Positions 38,931 to 55,310 of a DNA stretch of 64,000 nucleotides are shown here, piece after piece (positions within the stretch are counted from its first letter, which is position 1; every line of letters begins with the position of its first letter). Location: NCBI RefSeq assembly GCF_009914755.1, contig NC_060936.1; one strand, written 5' to 3'. A model generated the notes under the pieces. That model was not told where the DNA came from, ran no database searches, and saw only the letters and a program-made list of their open reading frames with translations. The translations under genes and the position numbers were made by a program. The DNA comes from the human T2T-CHM13v2.0 reference genome, Homo sapiens.

Positions 38931-39269
38931 GTGCCCGTCAGAACCAGTTCTCCATAGCCACATCTGGAGCACATTACTCATCATTCCTGATGATCCTTCT
39001 TTCGTTCATCTGGTTGTTATTTTTCATCCTAAACAATGGACTAAGCTTTCCCTAAGAAGGAGAAAAAAGAAGAAAACAAATTCCTGACCTCTATCTAGGT
39101 CGGGTTCCCATTTCTGATTTCAGCGAGTTCCCATGCGCAAGTGTAGCCATCGTGGCTAGGCCATTCTGCCTCTAAGATCCGCAAACCTAGAGACTGGAGT
39201 GTAGACTCTGCTTCTGTTTCACCTCGTTGTTATCGTTGGTTGTTTGTTTGTTCGTTCGTTTGGGGGAGT

Positions 39270-39555
39270 TTTCTTTGAGGCAGGGTCTTGCTCTGCCACC
39301 CAGGCTGGAGTGCAGTAGCACGATCATGGCTCACTTCAGCCTTGACCTCCTGGGCTCAAGTAATCCTCCACCTCAGCCTCCCAAGTAGCTGGGACTACAG
39401 GCACACACCATCATGCCTGGCTAATTTATTTTTTATTTTTTGTAGAGATGGGGTCTCCCTATGTTGTCCAGGCTGGTCTCAAACTCCTGGCCTCAAGCAA
39501 TCCTCCCACCTCAGCCTCCCAAAGTATTGGGATTATAGGCATGAGCTACTGCCTC
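39270..39555 (-). mobile_element. Alu (AluJ-like)
   Basis: 'ttgacctcctgggctcaag', 'ctcaagcaatcctccc'. Confidence 0.92.
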
Positions 39556-40952
39556 ACCTCGCATTAATTGCCTACCTATTAAATGCCAGGCCCCACTAGG
39601 TGCTTACATATGGGTTATCCTTTCCAATCCAGGGATTTTAAGACTGTTTTCCTTCCCTGATGATGGACTTTTGTCATTTCTAATCTAGCCCAAGACCACG
39701 CACTGCTCCATGGTCCTGTTACTCTGGGAGACAGCTTCCATTCCTGATACCACTTTCATGAAGACTTAACTTCGGAAATCATTTTGTCCATCTCTCTCTG
39801 TCTCTGGGCAAAGTCTCACTTGAATATTGCTAGTTCTCATGTTGGCCAGCTTGGGCTTCTAAACAGAACCCTGACCCAAAAAGGGCATCATGGTGACCCA
39901 TAGTTGCACAGCTCCTCAGGGGAGAGGGGGGCATCTTACACATTGAATTCTATGTGAATGGCACCACCTAGAGTTGTGCTCCAGGAATTCAGTGAATGGC
40001 GCTCTCTGGAGCTCAGCAATGCTGCCACACCCTACCACCCAGAGATACCTGGTGATCAAGTCAGCCTTAGGCAGCATTCAAGGATGAAAAACCTAGGTTT
40101 TGAAAACTAAGGTATCAATATCTCAGCCCCCCAAAAAAGGGAGTGGAGATCCTCTCCACCTCATTGACTGCTGAGAGATCCCTGCTTAGCACACAGCTCA
40201 CCAATCTTCTCTCCATCAACTTCAAAGTCCCCTCCAGCCTCAGGGAGGCCCCCAAGGGTATGAAGCAAAGCTGGTTTGATCTGAGCTTGGTGTTGGGTGG
40301 TGTCACCCCAGCACAGTTCAGGCTAGGCCTAGAAATCACAGTGAGACCAAAGACCCCATCTTGGGAAGGGATAGGAGTGGGGACTGGAGGGGTGGGTACA
40401 ATCTTCAGAGCATAGTATATTGTTTACAATCGCCCAGGTCCCTCCTAGACACAAGGCCTGCCAGGCTCACACTTGGGTCTTCCCTAGCAGGCAAAGCTGT
40501 TTTGCCTGCTCACCCTCTGTCAAGTTTATCCCACATGCACATCCCCCTTCATCCTCTGCCTAGCCCTTCCTTCCCCTTCTCTCATGTCCTTTCTTATTTT
40601 CCTCTCCCAGAGACTCTGAATAAAACCCTCTGACCGCTGTAATCTCCACAACATTCCCCTTGAGCACTGATTCTCTCAGCTGACAGGGCCCTTCAGGCCG
40701 TGTGTCACCAGGACAGGAGCTTCTAATGTGTCCTACTCACCCCCTTATGTCAGAACATCCCTGACTCAACAGCTCATGGAAGCTCAGCCCTCAGAGCCCC
40801 AGACAAAGCTACCACGTGGAGGCACCAGCACTCACAGAGAGGGTCAGCTGGTCCACAGCCAACCTGTCTTGACTGAAGTCTTCCTTCATGCTAGGCACTG
40901 TGGGCCATAGAAACAGTATGGGTAGTCTGGCCCCAAAGAGCATTTGGTCTCA

Positions 40953-41605
<653 letters not shown>

Positions 41606-43931
41606 TCTGACCATGAAGGTGAGCCTTATGGGCAATAAGTTTCAGGGGCAGAAGAAAGTGCTGTCACTGAGGGTCCTCCCAGGAGACTCCCAGAGGCGGT
41701 CAGATAGGAGCTATCCTTGCAGTTTTAGAAAGGCTGAGAGCCCATCAGAGGCCTCCAGGCTGCTAAAGAACCATCCTACGGGTTGTCCTTTGTTTCCCCC
41801 AGAACATTGGTCATGGGAGGAATGGGCTCCAGCAGCAGCAGGGTAGCATCACCGAGCACCTGCTCGCTGCCAGGCACTGTGCTGGGAACTAGGAACACAG
41901 AGAAGAACAAGGAGGTCCATGTCATCAAGGCACCGACAGTCTGGATGGGGAAAGAAACCACGGATCTTTACAAAGCAAGGTGAAAAGAACCAAGACTATA
42001 GGTACACCTAGGGCACCGGGGGAGCACCATGCACACACCTAAACCTCCCTGGGAAGGGAAAGGAAAGGGTCATGGAAGTCTCCCTGAAGGGGAGGAGTAT
42101 GGAAACTATAAGCAAAATTATATGCAAATGGTGCCCCTTTTTTCTCCCTACACTCCTCCCAACTGAAGGTGACCTTCCACCCCAACAATAAATCCTTAGC
42201 TTCTTAAACTAAGGTTACAGTGGGGTGTCAACACCCCAACCGACTCTCACTCATCCTCAAATGATCCAAATCTGAACTGGGATTCCAGCCAGATATGGGG
42301 TGCCTCCCTAACCCATGTGCCCCACAGTCGATCCCACCCTGCCAGCATCATGACCAGACACTCTCTGATTCCTGAGACAGGACAGAGCCTGGGGAACAGG
42401 GAGGGGAGCGCCTACTGTCTCCTGGAATTCACATACCCTACAGCCTTCCTCTTTCATGCCCCTGTGTGTGGAAGATGCCCCTGTTCCCCACCGCTCTCCA
42501 TCTGTGATCTGGCTCCTGCCCTCCTCCTGCTATAGCTGCTCCTCCTCCCCCCTTGGAAGAATGCACCCTCCCCTCAGCTTTCCCTCCACAGAGGCCAGAG
42601 CAGGAGGGAGGCTGCATATGGCCCCGTTTTCCTTGGCCTGGGTAGGCTATTTTGGAAGCGAGAACCCTCCTTGCCCTTTCCTCCCCTCTGGGAAGCACCG
42701 TCCCTCCCCTCTCCACATTCCCCAGAAGTTCTCAGACTGAGATCCGCCCTACGTGCAGTTATGTGGTGAAATCACTGCTTTCCTCCCCGCCGGAGGCGCC
42801 AAAGCTTGGAAGGGAGGGTACTCAAACCTTTGATGTAGGCACGTTTCAGAAGGCCCACCTGTCCCCTCTCTCCCCAGCCCCCAGCCTGAAAGGCTGGAGC
42901 CCCTCATCACAGCTTTCCTGCCTGGATTAGCTGGGGGTAAGATCAGGTCACACACACTCTATCCCGCTGGGGGCAATCAGGCCCAACCACACTCGGGGAC
43001 ATCTGTCTCCAGCAAATAGGGGGCAATCCCAAATTTGAGGGGTTCTGTGACACTTAAAAGCTTCAAGCAGGAAGCTCTGCAATTTCTCTTGGACCAGGGC
43101 CTGCGGGGAGGGTCGCTCAGAAACCCTCGTTTGATGTTGCGCTTTCATGGCTGTGGTTTGATCCAGATGTTCCCCAATTGTGGGATTTTATTTTTGGGAG
43201 GGAGGGGCCCTTGGCTATAAAGGCATTTCCATCATGTGCACATTTGGATCTGGGCCTGCTGGGCGGGGGTGCTCTTCCAGCTCTCACTAACCCCACCCTT
43301 CCCCCTAGGATCATATCCTTTCCCTTCACATCCAGAGAAGAGAAGAGGATCCATAAGGGGGCATTCCCAGCTCCTTGATGGTTTGCTGTGTGACTGTCCA
43401 AAAATGTCTCTACATCTCTGTTTTTCTGGCACCATAAGCTGAAGTTGGTTCCTAAAGATGGTTCCCAGGTCATGGGAGGAATAGGACAGGGAATTCCAGA
43501 ACCAAATTTCTGTCTAAGAAAGAAACAATTATCTAAGAAATTGTGAGTGGAATTGGACTGAACGTGGATGAGTCAGGGCTCTTGAAAAAGAAAGTGGCCG
43601 TCCCTCTTTGAGTCAGTTCTGCAAGAGTGGACAGAAACTTTTCCAGACTCCCAGGCCTCTCTGCTCCCTCAGAGCTTGAAAAGATTAAAGTCATTCCTCC
43701 TCAAGGTCTTCAGTGAAACCCTGGAAATCTTTCCTTCAATTTTAAGAGATTACAGTTCTTCCCATTGTCTAGCCTCTGTCACTACTTGCTGTAGCATGAG
43801 GTGGCTTCCCTGGGGGAAAGTGTACCAGTCCCGCTCATTGGTCGTCTAAGACCTCCCAGCATTCCTCAAGACATTTCTGCCTCATGATGTCAGAAGAAGG
43901 GCTGTCAAATAGATTTTAAAACCCCAGGCTC

Positions 43932-44215
43932 GGCCAGGCACAGTGGCTCACGCTTGTAATCCCAGCACTTTGCGGGAATCACGAGAGCAGAAGATCGAGA
44001 CCATCCTGGCTAACACGATGAAACCCCATCTCTAATAAAAATACAAAAAATTAACTGGGCATCCTGGCAGACGCCTGTAGTCCCAGCTACTCGGGAGGCT
44101 GTGGCAGGAGAATGGCGTGAACCCGGGGAGGCAGAGCTTGCGGTGAGCAGAGATCACACAACTGCACTCCAGCCTGGGCAACAGAGCGAGACTCCATCTC
44201 AAAAAAAAAAAAAAA
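43932..44215 (+). mobile_element. Alu (AluY/Sc-like, short left-arm deletion)
   Basis: 'gatcgagaccatcctggctaacacg', 'gaatggcgtgaacccggg'. Confidence 0.92.
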
Positions 44216-45988
44216 GACTTGGCTCCTCACCTGTATTGTGGGAATCCCAGCCTAAATTGGACATGTGGATGTTGAGCAATAGAGGACAGACAAACAAAGG
44301 AATCTCCAGACCCTGCAGGACCCAAGGCAGCAGCCCACGAGTGGATCCTAAAGGATTTTCATCAGCTGCAAGTCTGGGTAAGTGGGCTTTTTTTGGGGGG
44401 AGGGGAGAAGCAGCCTGGGATGCTTCTTGCAGGAAGAGGAGTTTCAGAGGAGACAAGAGAGGTTAGGAGCCACTGAGTGGGTGAGGAGGGCCTAGCCCAA
44501 GAGGCTGGGGACAACCACGAGAGGCGGGCCAATGGGAGAAGAGGGCACTGTTCCTCAGCGGACTAGGTAGAAGGAGGGGTTGGAGAGAGGTGGGTGCAAG
44601 GAAGGAAGAAGGAGGATGGGGAGCTCCCCGTGGCTGCCCCACCTGAAGAATTTGAGCAGCTGTTCCCAGCTCCCCCTTGCTCTGTGTAACATCAAGCAAA
44701 TGCACGGTGGGGGATCAGCTTTTCCTCTGAAGACCTCAGGGCCAGTTCTCAGGCCTCCCCCTCCCTATGGACTTTAATCCAGTCCAGCACAGATGGATCA
44801 GGTCATGATGGTGATGGGGGTGGTAGCATTGGGTCTCCCTGGCTTGAATTTTTTCTTATTCCCCCATGTCCTCTCCTCCTTAGGTGATAATTTATCCTTT
44901 CGCATGGTCTTACATACTTCACATGTCTATAGCTCAGAGAACTAAGAAGCACCTCATCATTCTTAAGTTGGGCCTTGCTACCTGCAGGCCCCTCCCCTCC
45001 CACACTTACCTTCACACGACTGGGGCAAGTGGTTAGCTTCCCCACGGCCCCCCCAGCCCCTCTCCTCTCCAAGACACCCTTCTTATCTTTCTGACTACAA
45101 TTAGAGCCTCCTCTCCCTGTAGGGGAGTGAGAGGGACAAGGTCAAGGATCCTCACAACTCAATAACAGCTGTAGAGCCTCACCTATCCTGTGTACTCACA
45201 GTGACTCCATGCAGGGGACCAGCAACAAGGGGAAAGGGAGTGGGAGTTAGTGTGGGGACAGGGGAGAAGCATGCATCGGGATTCCCTGCCTGGTCTAGTC
45301 TGGTCTGGGAGCAGGGCAGATGCTCAACAAGGCATCCCAGGTCTCGGGGAGCGGCTGGCAGTGGTGAAACACCAGCTCTCTCAGGGCACGTGAAAGTTCA
45401 TGTTTCCCCTCCCTCTCCTCTCTCCCTCCCACTCTTCATGACTGGATCCAGGGAAGGACACACCTGTCACAAGTACTGCCCTCATCTCTCCCTGTAACTC
45501 CACCTCCACCCCCCATACCCACTTTATCCCTCTGCAGGGTTACTAGAGCCTGACCAAAATTCTCTACTGACCAGAGACAGACAGACAGACCTGTTCCCTG
45601 TTCCCCAACTTCCAGTGGTGCTGCGCATGGAGACGCTGAGGTGGGACCCAAAGACCTGCTCCCGTCTTCTCTCCTTAGGGACTTGCAGAAGCCCCTTTCT
45701 CAGAGTCACCCCTCCCAGGATGAGGTGAAGAGGCTGAAAAGGGAAGGGCCATAATGCTAAGGCTGGGGCAGGGGACAGCGGCGCCCTCCATGCACTCTCC
45801 TGATTAGTGCAGGTAAACATAAGGGTTTCCCCCAAATGCGAGGGTTCTGCTTCAGTGCCATGGAAGGCCCCACCAGCACCTGCTGCCCCTCCTGTTCGTC
45901 CTCCCTCTCTTCAGCCCCACAATTACCGAGAGCGAGTTGTTGAGGCAAGCTCTACCCCAGGCCTGCGTTAAGAAATTTGGGTGGGATA

Positions 45989-46335
<347 letters not shown>

Positions 46336-49300
46336 TTACTGCAAACCCTGCCAGGCTAGAGGTGCCATAATCTGCCCTGTATCAGATCCACAGAGTCATC
46401 CCACCAAAACCCCCCCCAGGATGTATGTGAGACCACTGGACTCATTGGCACTGGCAAATAAGAAGATGGCCAGAAAGCAATCAACACCGAACGCCCACTG
46501 CGTGCTTGGCACTGGGCCAGACTCTGCTGGGGGAGACTGGAGGAAAGGCCCATTTCACTGGTCTTGAGCTCTACATACCATGTTAAGCCAGAGAGGTACA
46601 TATTACAAATACTGGAGACTCTCATGCTTGAGTATAATCCTATAATCTTATACCCACTCCCATTCAGACGTGTGGTCATATGTGAATGTCAAGCACACAA
46701 GCTAGACAGAAGAAAGAACTTCCCTAGGTTGTCAGTACTGTAGAGTAAAATCATCAGACTCGAAGCCCTCATTCTCGGAAGGTGATGAACTGGGAGAGCC
46801 CCCGCCTTGCTGGGCCAGGGGTAAAATAAGGCTCCTGTCTGAAGGCAGGGGGATGGTTGAGATGACCCCTCAAGATGCTACCCAGGAAAAGGCAGAGAGG
46901 TAAAGTTTCCAGTAGAGGGGCATGAGAAGGAGGGACAGACAGATGGATGGAGGGATGGAGGAGTGCAGGGAGCAGTGCTGGAGAGATGAATGGTCTTGGC
47001 TGGACTGATGGGCGAGGCCAAGATGGATGGATGGCAGCTGAGGTTTGTTTACTGGCAGCCCCCAGCCCGCCATCGCCCAGGGGAGAGGAATGGTGGCTGG
47101 CACATCAGAGGGCTCTTAGGGAAGCTCATGGAGATGATTTAGATGGGAATGAATCAGCTCCATATGGATTAAGTGTCCCCGCAAATCCCAGATCTTACAG
47201 ATGAGGGGATGGGGCAAGGGCACTGAGGGGAGGGGAGAGAGTGGGGAAGCAGCGTGGAGCTGGTGCAGGGAAACACGGTCCTGAAGCCAGGGGAAGGGCA
47301 CCCTCAGAGGGCATGGGGCAGGTCAGCCTGGCACAGATGCAACCCCTGCCTTGGTCTGTTGATACCACTGTTCCTCTTGCTTGGTACCAAGCTTTAGGAA
47401 AAGGCCTCCTTCTCCACACCAAACCAACTGTTGGAGTGTCCTTTCTGAGTCCGTTTTGGTCTGTCTCCTCTTGCCTCTGTCTCTTGTTCTCTCTACATCT
47501 TCATCTGTCTTTCATCTTCATTTTTCTGTCCCTCTCACTACCTAGCCTTCTCTGTGTTTCTGTCTCTCTCCTTCCACATTCCCCCGCTTTCCACACTCCC
47601 ACACTTTCCATCTCTTTCTCTAGAGGTATAAATGGTAGAGGGATGCTGCCAGTTTCTCTGAACGTCAGCCTTAGCTCTGCCCTCCTCTCCTGGGGTCAGG
47701 TCTGATGCCTCCCTCCCTCTGTACTGTTCTCTCACACAGACCACAAGTTTGGAGGTGGTCAACAGAACAGGGAAGGTGGTCAGAAAAGTGACTTTTTGGC
47801 TACAGAAAGTTATTTGTGTTCCTCTCTGCCACCCTGCCCTCGTGCCTTCAGCTGTCCCTTCTCCCAGTGCCAGAGGAGGCTTGGATTGAGCACCCATGCT
47901 CTATGGACAACAGCAAGTTGAGCAGACCTTAACATCATTCCCGGGGAGGCAACGGGTCATCTGCTGGCTGGGGTTATCAAAGGCCCCATCTCCTACTCCT
48001 CTCCCATGCCCCACAGTGAAGAGCCCCAGAGCTGGCTGTGGTTATGAAGCCGGCTGCCATGTGGGCGACCTGGAGTCAGAGCACGGGGCAGTCACATATG
48101 ACAATTGGTTGAAATATCACAGCCACTCTCCCCCCACCCCCACTGGTGATCTATGGGCTGCGTGCCCTGTAAAAATTATTTATCGGGGCCTCAGAGTGTC
48201 CTGATTTAGTGCCGCTGCCTCTGGGGCCTTGGGGCCTGCCTGTCCACCAGAGTCTAAGCGTTAAACGACGCTAAAAAGTTAAACAGCCAACGCTGGGGGC
48301 TCACTCGAGGAGGCACCATAAAGCTGTCGGAGCTGCTTAAATCAGGAGCGAGGATTCCCTGGGACGTCTTCTCTCCATACGCCGCAAGCCAAGAAGGCTC
48401 TCCTTACCCCTCTGCCACTCACCCATACCCAGAAGCCCACAGAGGGCAGGGGACACGTGGGCCGGGGGCCTGGAACAGAGCCCAAAAGGAGGCCACGGAT
48501 GACCTCCTCTGCAGGGCTTTCTCCAGCAGAACAGGGGCCGTGGCTCAAGAGGGTAGGGGTCATGTTGTCCAGCTCACCAACTCTGGGCAGGGGTCTCCTT
48601 GTTCCGGTCCAGTTTTTAAAGACTTCCAACAAAAGGCACTGCCAAAGTCTCTCCCAGGGGCCCCTGGGGAGAAGTTGTTTCCCAAGTCTGTCTCACTTCA
48701 ATCCACGCTTCTGTGTGTTGAATCCACTGGAACTCAGTGTCTTCCCACTCAGGTTTGGAGAGGCTGTGCTGGCCACACCAGCCTGTGACTTCTTGCCTCC
48801 TTTCACCCCTCCACACCCACTTGCATGGCTCTCTGAGGAACAGAGCCCCACCCTTCCATCACCACCCTCCGCCAACGCACCCCTGGGTGCTGGCATAACA
48901 CGCAAGCTTCACAGATGGCTTTTCTCAGCTGAAGCCCAGTCCCTGCTGCCACCACCCGGCCGCCGAGCAAGAGGGAAGGTGGGTCTCTGCATGCTGCCTA
49001 TCACACCTTCTTTCAGCAGCAATAAAACTCACTCTTAAAACCTCCGCTTGGGTCCCTAATATTTGCCTGGCTATATATCTCCGATGATATATGGACAGAA
49101 ATTGCTCATAAACGGCTATAAAACCTCTTAGTCAAGCCGGGGAGGAGGCGCATGAGGGTGGGCATGGCCCGGGCTGCAGGAGGATTGGAAGCTGAGCCAC
49201 TCTGCTGAGCACCCCAAACTCAACTCTAGATTCCAGGGACCAGTGGCTGGGTGTGGGGCCTGACAAGGGTGGAGGAAGAAGACCCAGAGGAAGATCTTCA

Positions 49301-51655
49301 AGCCTCTCATGTGGTATTATGGGTCTGTCTTACCCGGGTGCTCCAGGCATGCGCTGTGTGGCCTTGGGCAAGTCACTCAGCCACTCTGTACCATGGTTTC
49401 CATCACCAACATGAGGATAATGACACCTACCCAGGCTCCTTCATTAAGTTGTCATGACAATCAAATGATACAAATTGATACAAATAATTTATCAATGCTT
49501 TGTAAAGTAGAGAGGTTGCATGTATCAGGTGCTACCTCCAGATGGGCACAGTGCATAGAAGGCATACTATGTGCTGGATACTTTACTTAATTATCTCTAA
49601 TCCTGACAACACCTGCCACGTAGGTATTACTGTCATCATGTTGCAGACAAAAACCCTGAGGTTCAGAGAGGTGTTCTCAGGTAGTCAGTGCCAGAGATAG
49701 AATTCCAACCCAGGCCTGACTCCAAAGCATCAGAATGAAATCCTGGCAACAGAAGGGATAACAGGTAAGACACTGGGGGGACTTCCAAACAGGGCAGGAA
49801 GATGGCTGAAGGAGGCCTTCTGTCCCTGGTCTCGCCTCCCCAGAGTGCAGACCTGTCTGTCTAAGAGAGTCAAGTGGTTCCCCTCAGCCTGTTCCCAGTC
49901 ACTACACCTGATCACCGGAGGAAACAGCTCCCAAGGTGGAAGGCAAAAACCTGGGGCTTTGTGGGAGGCCAGAGCCCTCCAATCAGGACACTAGGAGATA
50001 CAGGTGGGCCAGGTGAGGAGAGGCCTTTGTGGGAGCAGGCTATTTAGACTGAGATAGTCCCAGAGTTCCTGGTCCAACCCCCCACCAGCTCCAGTCCCTG
50101 ACTCTCCCATCTGGTTACCCTCCCTCTCCCTCTGCCAGTCCCTGATGCCTCTTCACTCCATGAGGCCCCACCCTCTTCTTCCCCCACCCCACATCCCCTC
50201 TGCTTACCCCCCATTCTCCCTCCCCAACAGTATCCCCCGAGAGCCTGGCTGCTCCTCTGGCTGTTCCACACCCCTTCGCCCACCCATAGTCCCTCCAGTA
50301 CCTGGCTACTCCTTCCCTCCACCTTGGCTGCTGGTTCTCTTCTCTCCCCAGGTCCCTTCAACCCCCAGCTGTTCCCTCTGTCTGCCCACTCATTCCCTCC
50401 CTCCAAGCATCCCCCAGCTCCTGGGTGCCCCTTCCTTTCGTGACCCTGCAGCCCCCAACCTCCCCCTAGCGTTCCTCTGGTCTCTTCTCACCTGCCCTCC
50501 AGGACCCGGCCCCTGCCCTACCCTTTGTCCCCTTCTTGTGACAAACCAAACAGCAGGAAGGCCATCCTTGTGCCCCACACCTCTCCTTCCCCAGTGGCTC
50601 CCACCCCCAACCCCACTTTTCTTTAAGTTTCCAAATCAACCTTCCTCCAATAATAATGATAAAGCAGGAAGCCGGGCCGGAGGACAGTGCAGATTTTTCT
50701 TCTTGACATGGAGTTTCCGATTAAAGGCAAAGGGACATAAATCCTCCCGCGTAATTGCTGTGCTCCAGCTCGGAGCCACTTGGAAGAGAGGCTCCCACCC
50801 TCTCTGCCCCTGCCACTGGGAGCCCCACCCCCAATTTGAGCAGGGCTTGGTCCCCAGAGCCTGGGGGTTGGCTGGGAAGGGGGAGCAGAATATTGCTGGC
50901 ATGGGCACAGCTCTGGGAAGGGGGTGGGATAAACTTGAGCAGGGCTCTCTGCATTTTCCTTCCAGGGGTCCAAGCCTAGGATAGACTGTGGGCCACGGCC
51001 CAGCTCAAAGCACCTTTCTCTGCATCCAGGGAGCCCTTCAGCCCCTCACATCAGAAGCACACTTTACACTTGGACAAAGCTTGTTGGCATTTATTATCAT
51101 TGTAAGAACCTTGAAAATTATTGAACAGATACCAGATGGAGGAGGGGCCCCAAGAAATGAACAAGTGCAACTCCCCTTGTTTTACAGATGGGGAAACTGA
51201 GGCCTGAAAAAAGGACTGTCTGGTGGCAGAGCTGGGAACTTAGAACTTGACATCTCATGCACCACAGAGGGGCTGGCACCGTTTACATCTACTAAATCGT
51301 GGGCCAAATAGCTTTCTCCCAAGTAGTTTTCTCACCTGCTAGAGAAGCTTTTTAAAAATTCAAGAATGCTGGATGTTGTTATTCCCTCTCTACAGACTGG
51401 AGAACGATGACACTAGAAGTGTGTGGGAATTACCTGAGGTCAAAAGCCAAGGGTGGAGCCTGCGGTCCCTCGGCCTCCTGATTCCACATTCATCCTCTTC
51501 CCGTCTCAGGATTTTACACCCAGAGATGCCAATGTCTGGTGACTCCACAGGTTGAACTCAGCCTGGCCTGAAACCAGCCCTCAACCCTTCGAAAGCCACA
51601 GAGCGCCCCCGCCCCCACCCCTGGCAGGGACCTTCCCAGCTCTGTTCCTCCCTTC

Positions 51656-52097
<442 letters not shown>

Positions 52098-54317
52098 TGA
52101 AGCCCTCCTGATTTGAAACCCTTGGCTCCCCTTTTCTTGGTTTCTTCCTGCACTCAACAAGCCCCTCCAGCAATTCCTAAATCAGGTCCTGGTGTGACTC
52201 TCTTCTCTCTCATCGGACTAGGGGAACAGGCCTGCGTCTCCTCCCTCTGAACTGCCAACTACTAACCCCCACCATACCCATTGTCTCCACACCACCTCCC
52301 ACGCCCCCTGAAGACTCAGACCCAAAACAGATCTGTAAAGCATGTGCGTGTGACCATGGGAACCCGGGAGTCCTGTCTCCTCTTCATCCACAGAAATTTC
52401 CACAGAAGCCCCACGGATTCCCATTTCAGGTATGAGACTACCATTGCCTCTGGGTTTCCCTGACCCTCCAGGGACAATCTGGCTTGTCCTCCCCCAGACT
52501 TCTTCCCTCAGCACCTCAGGTGAGGGGAAACCTTCATGTCCATGCCCTGGGCACCCACCCCTCCCTCTACCACATCAAAGCTCAGTGGGGAGCAAGGTCC
52601 AGTGAGGGCTTTGGAGTCTCCAGGAAGACCCCCCTTTCTGGGTCAGCTAGAAGATCAGCTTAGAAGGCTTAGCTGCTCCTGAAGGGGCCTGTGTTGAGCT
52701 TCTTGTGCCATGTTTGGGGTGGCTCTGTGGCACTGCCTGGGCTGAGTAGTTCTGGATGTGACTATAGGGATTTGGGGTGTTACTGTAGATTTTGGATGCT
52801 GTCATAGAGTTTGGAGTACAACTGTGGAGTTGCCCTGGAGATTATGGTGGGGTTTTCTGGGCTTCACACTAGGGTTGCTCTGGGGTTTTTATAGGGTTAC
52901 TCCAAAAGGCCACAGGCCTGTGCTACTACCTGGCCCAGAGGAAGGGAGGGAGATAAGGCTGTAAAAGAAAGCTAGGGAGTTTGGAGGGGGAAGGACGGAG
53001 GTGACCCAGCTTCCTAGAGGAGGGGATAATTTGAAGTTGCAGAGCAGCAAGGCTCTGCTCTACCCCATCTTGGTATTCAAGTCCCAAACCCTGGCCAACA
53101 GCCTCCTTTGTTGGCAGTGAGGGTCTGGGAATGAAGAAGGCTGCTTGCTCCCCTGGAGTGATGACAGGCGAGATGCTGTGCAAGCCCCGGGCTTTCTGTA
53201 GGGAGGAAGGACCAGGCCTGGTCCTGGGCAGCAGTATGGTCCTCCTGGGTGTATGTCCCCAACAATAACTGAGCCCAGAGCTCCCACCTCAGTCTTGGAG
53301 CCCTGCCCTGGGTGTTGCTGGGGCAGGGCAGAGTCCGGAGGAAAACGACATAGACCCTTCTCCCTGGGGACCCTGAACTTACAGGGATGACAGACCCTAA
53401 TCTTGGACCCAAGTGAATAGAGAACTCTTCTTGCAGCTTAATCATGAAAAACTCCCCAAGAGACAGAAGTGTAGAGCCAGGATTGGGCAGAGTCTGAGAA
53501 GGGAGAGGGTTCCAAGTAGCAACAGCTGAGGGAAGGTGCAGAGGTGAGGAAGGATGAGGGTAGTTTAGCCCCAGAGACTTGGCGTAGGGAAAGAAGAGTC
53601 ATTCACTCTTGTATCCATCATTCACTTAGCAAACAATCGAGAGAGCAGCTCTACATCAGCATGGTACCAGGAAACACACAGATGAATTACACAGGCAGGG
53701 ACAGCAACTGGAGAGGCTTCCAGAAACTCAGTCCTCATCCAGAATACTAGCACCAGCTTCAGAGTTCTCTGGGTCCATGCTAGCTGAGCTTCTACCTCCC
53801 CGCCTCTCCAATCCAAAAGAAATCCATTCCCTAGCATTTTACTTCTTCCTCAGAGTCCCACCCCTGCCTCAGTCCTTGCCCCAGACCCACTACTCAAATA
53901 TGCCATGCTCCTCCCCTCTGGGCAGACCCTGGAGCACCTTCTGGACCACAGCTACAGCAGGAGGGATTGGGGCTAGACATTTTGAGCACCTTCCCAGTGG
54001 CAGAGAGCAGTGGTGCTGAGGAGCTGAGCAGAGGGCCAAGGAAGGGATGTGAGCTTGAGTCCAGGCCCGAGATCCTCAGCCTGACTTTGCATCTTGCCGG
54101 GAGAGGCATCATTCATCCACCCAGGGGTGGAGATGGGGCAGGGGGAGGGGAACGAAAAACACCCACAGCCCATTAACCTACTTTTGCAACTTCATTAAAA
54201 CAGAGTCTTCGACATGTTGCCATAAATTGTCTTCTGAGGAGGAAGCCAGATCTCAAGTTCTAGCAGTGAAGCTTCAGAGAAGAGGCTGGGATAGCCAGGT
54301 TAGAAGTTAGAAGGGAC

Positions 54318-54319
<2 letters not shown>

Positions 54320-54393
<74 letters not shown>
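54320..54393. repeat. (TG)~37 microsatellite
   Basis: Direct reading. Confidence 0.97.
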
Positions 54394-54394
<1 letters not shown>

Positions 54395-54911
54395 TCACTG
54401 AAAGGTTTTGCAGGCTGGGCCAGTCTGGCTGCCTGTTGCAGGGTTTCCTAGGTGGCAGGCCACTGGGTGAGGGGCAGGGAGGGAATTTTATATACTATTG
54501 TATCATGGCTGCCCTGAATCTTCACAGCTTCCTGGAGTCCCATAGAAGCTCTTCTCAGCCTTTGAGGCCTCCTTCAAGAAGCCCTGTTCTTTGACGCTCA
54601 GGAAACTCATTGAAAAAAAAAAAAAGAAATCCTGTTCTGCCCCAAAGCCCCTTCTGCAAGGTGTGCACTGAGCATTAGGCTTCCCAGCACTGAGTACAGC
54701 AGACCCCAGCAGCCTCCAGAGAGCCTGAGACCAGCACCGCCCTTGCTAGACAGGTGGCCTGGTACAGTGGAAGGAGCACTGGCTCACAGGTCAGCAGGGC
54801 TGGGTCCCAGTCCCCTTACATGAGTAGTAACTGAGGGCCCAAGCCCTGGAGAGGGACTGCCAGGGTTCAAATTCTGCCTTTGCCATTTAAGGACCTCAGC
54901 CAAGTTATTTA

Positions 54912-55310
<399 letters not shown>

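Noticed and set aside
50145-50984. 279-aa Pro-rich ORF (also 28919-29632, 36015-36728, 23948-24553)
   Set aside because: Composition-driven, with no recognisable domain or exon structure
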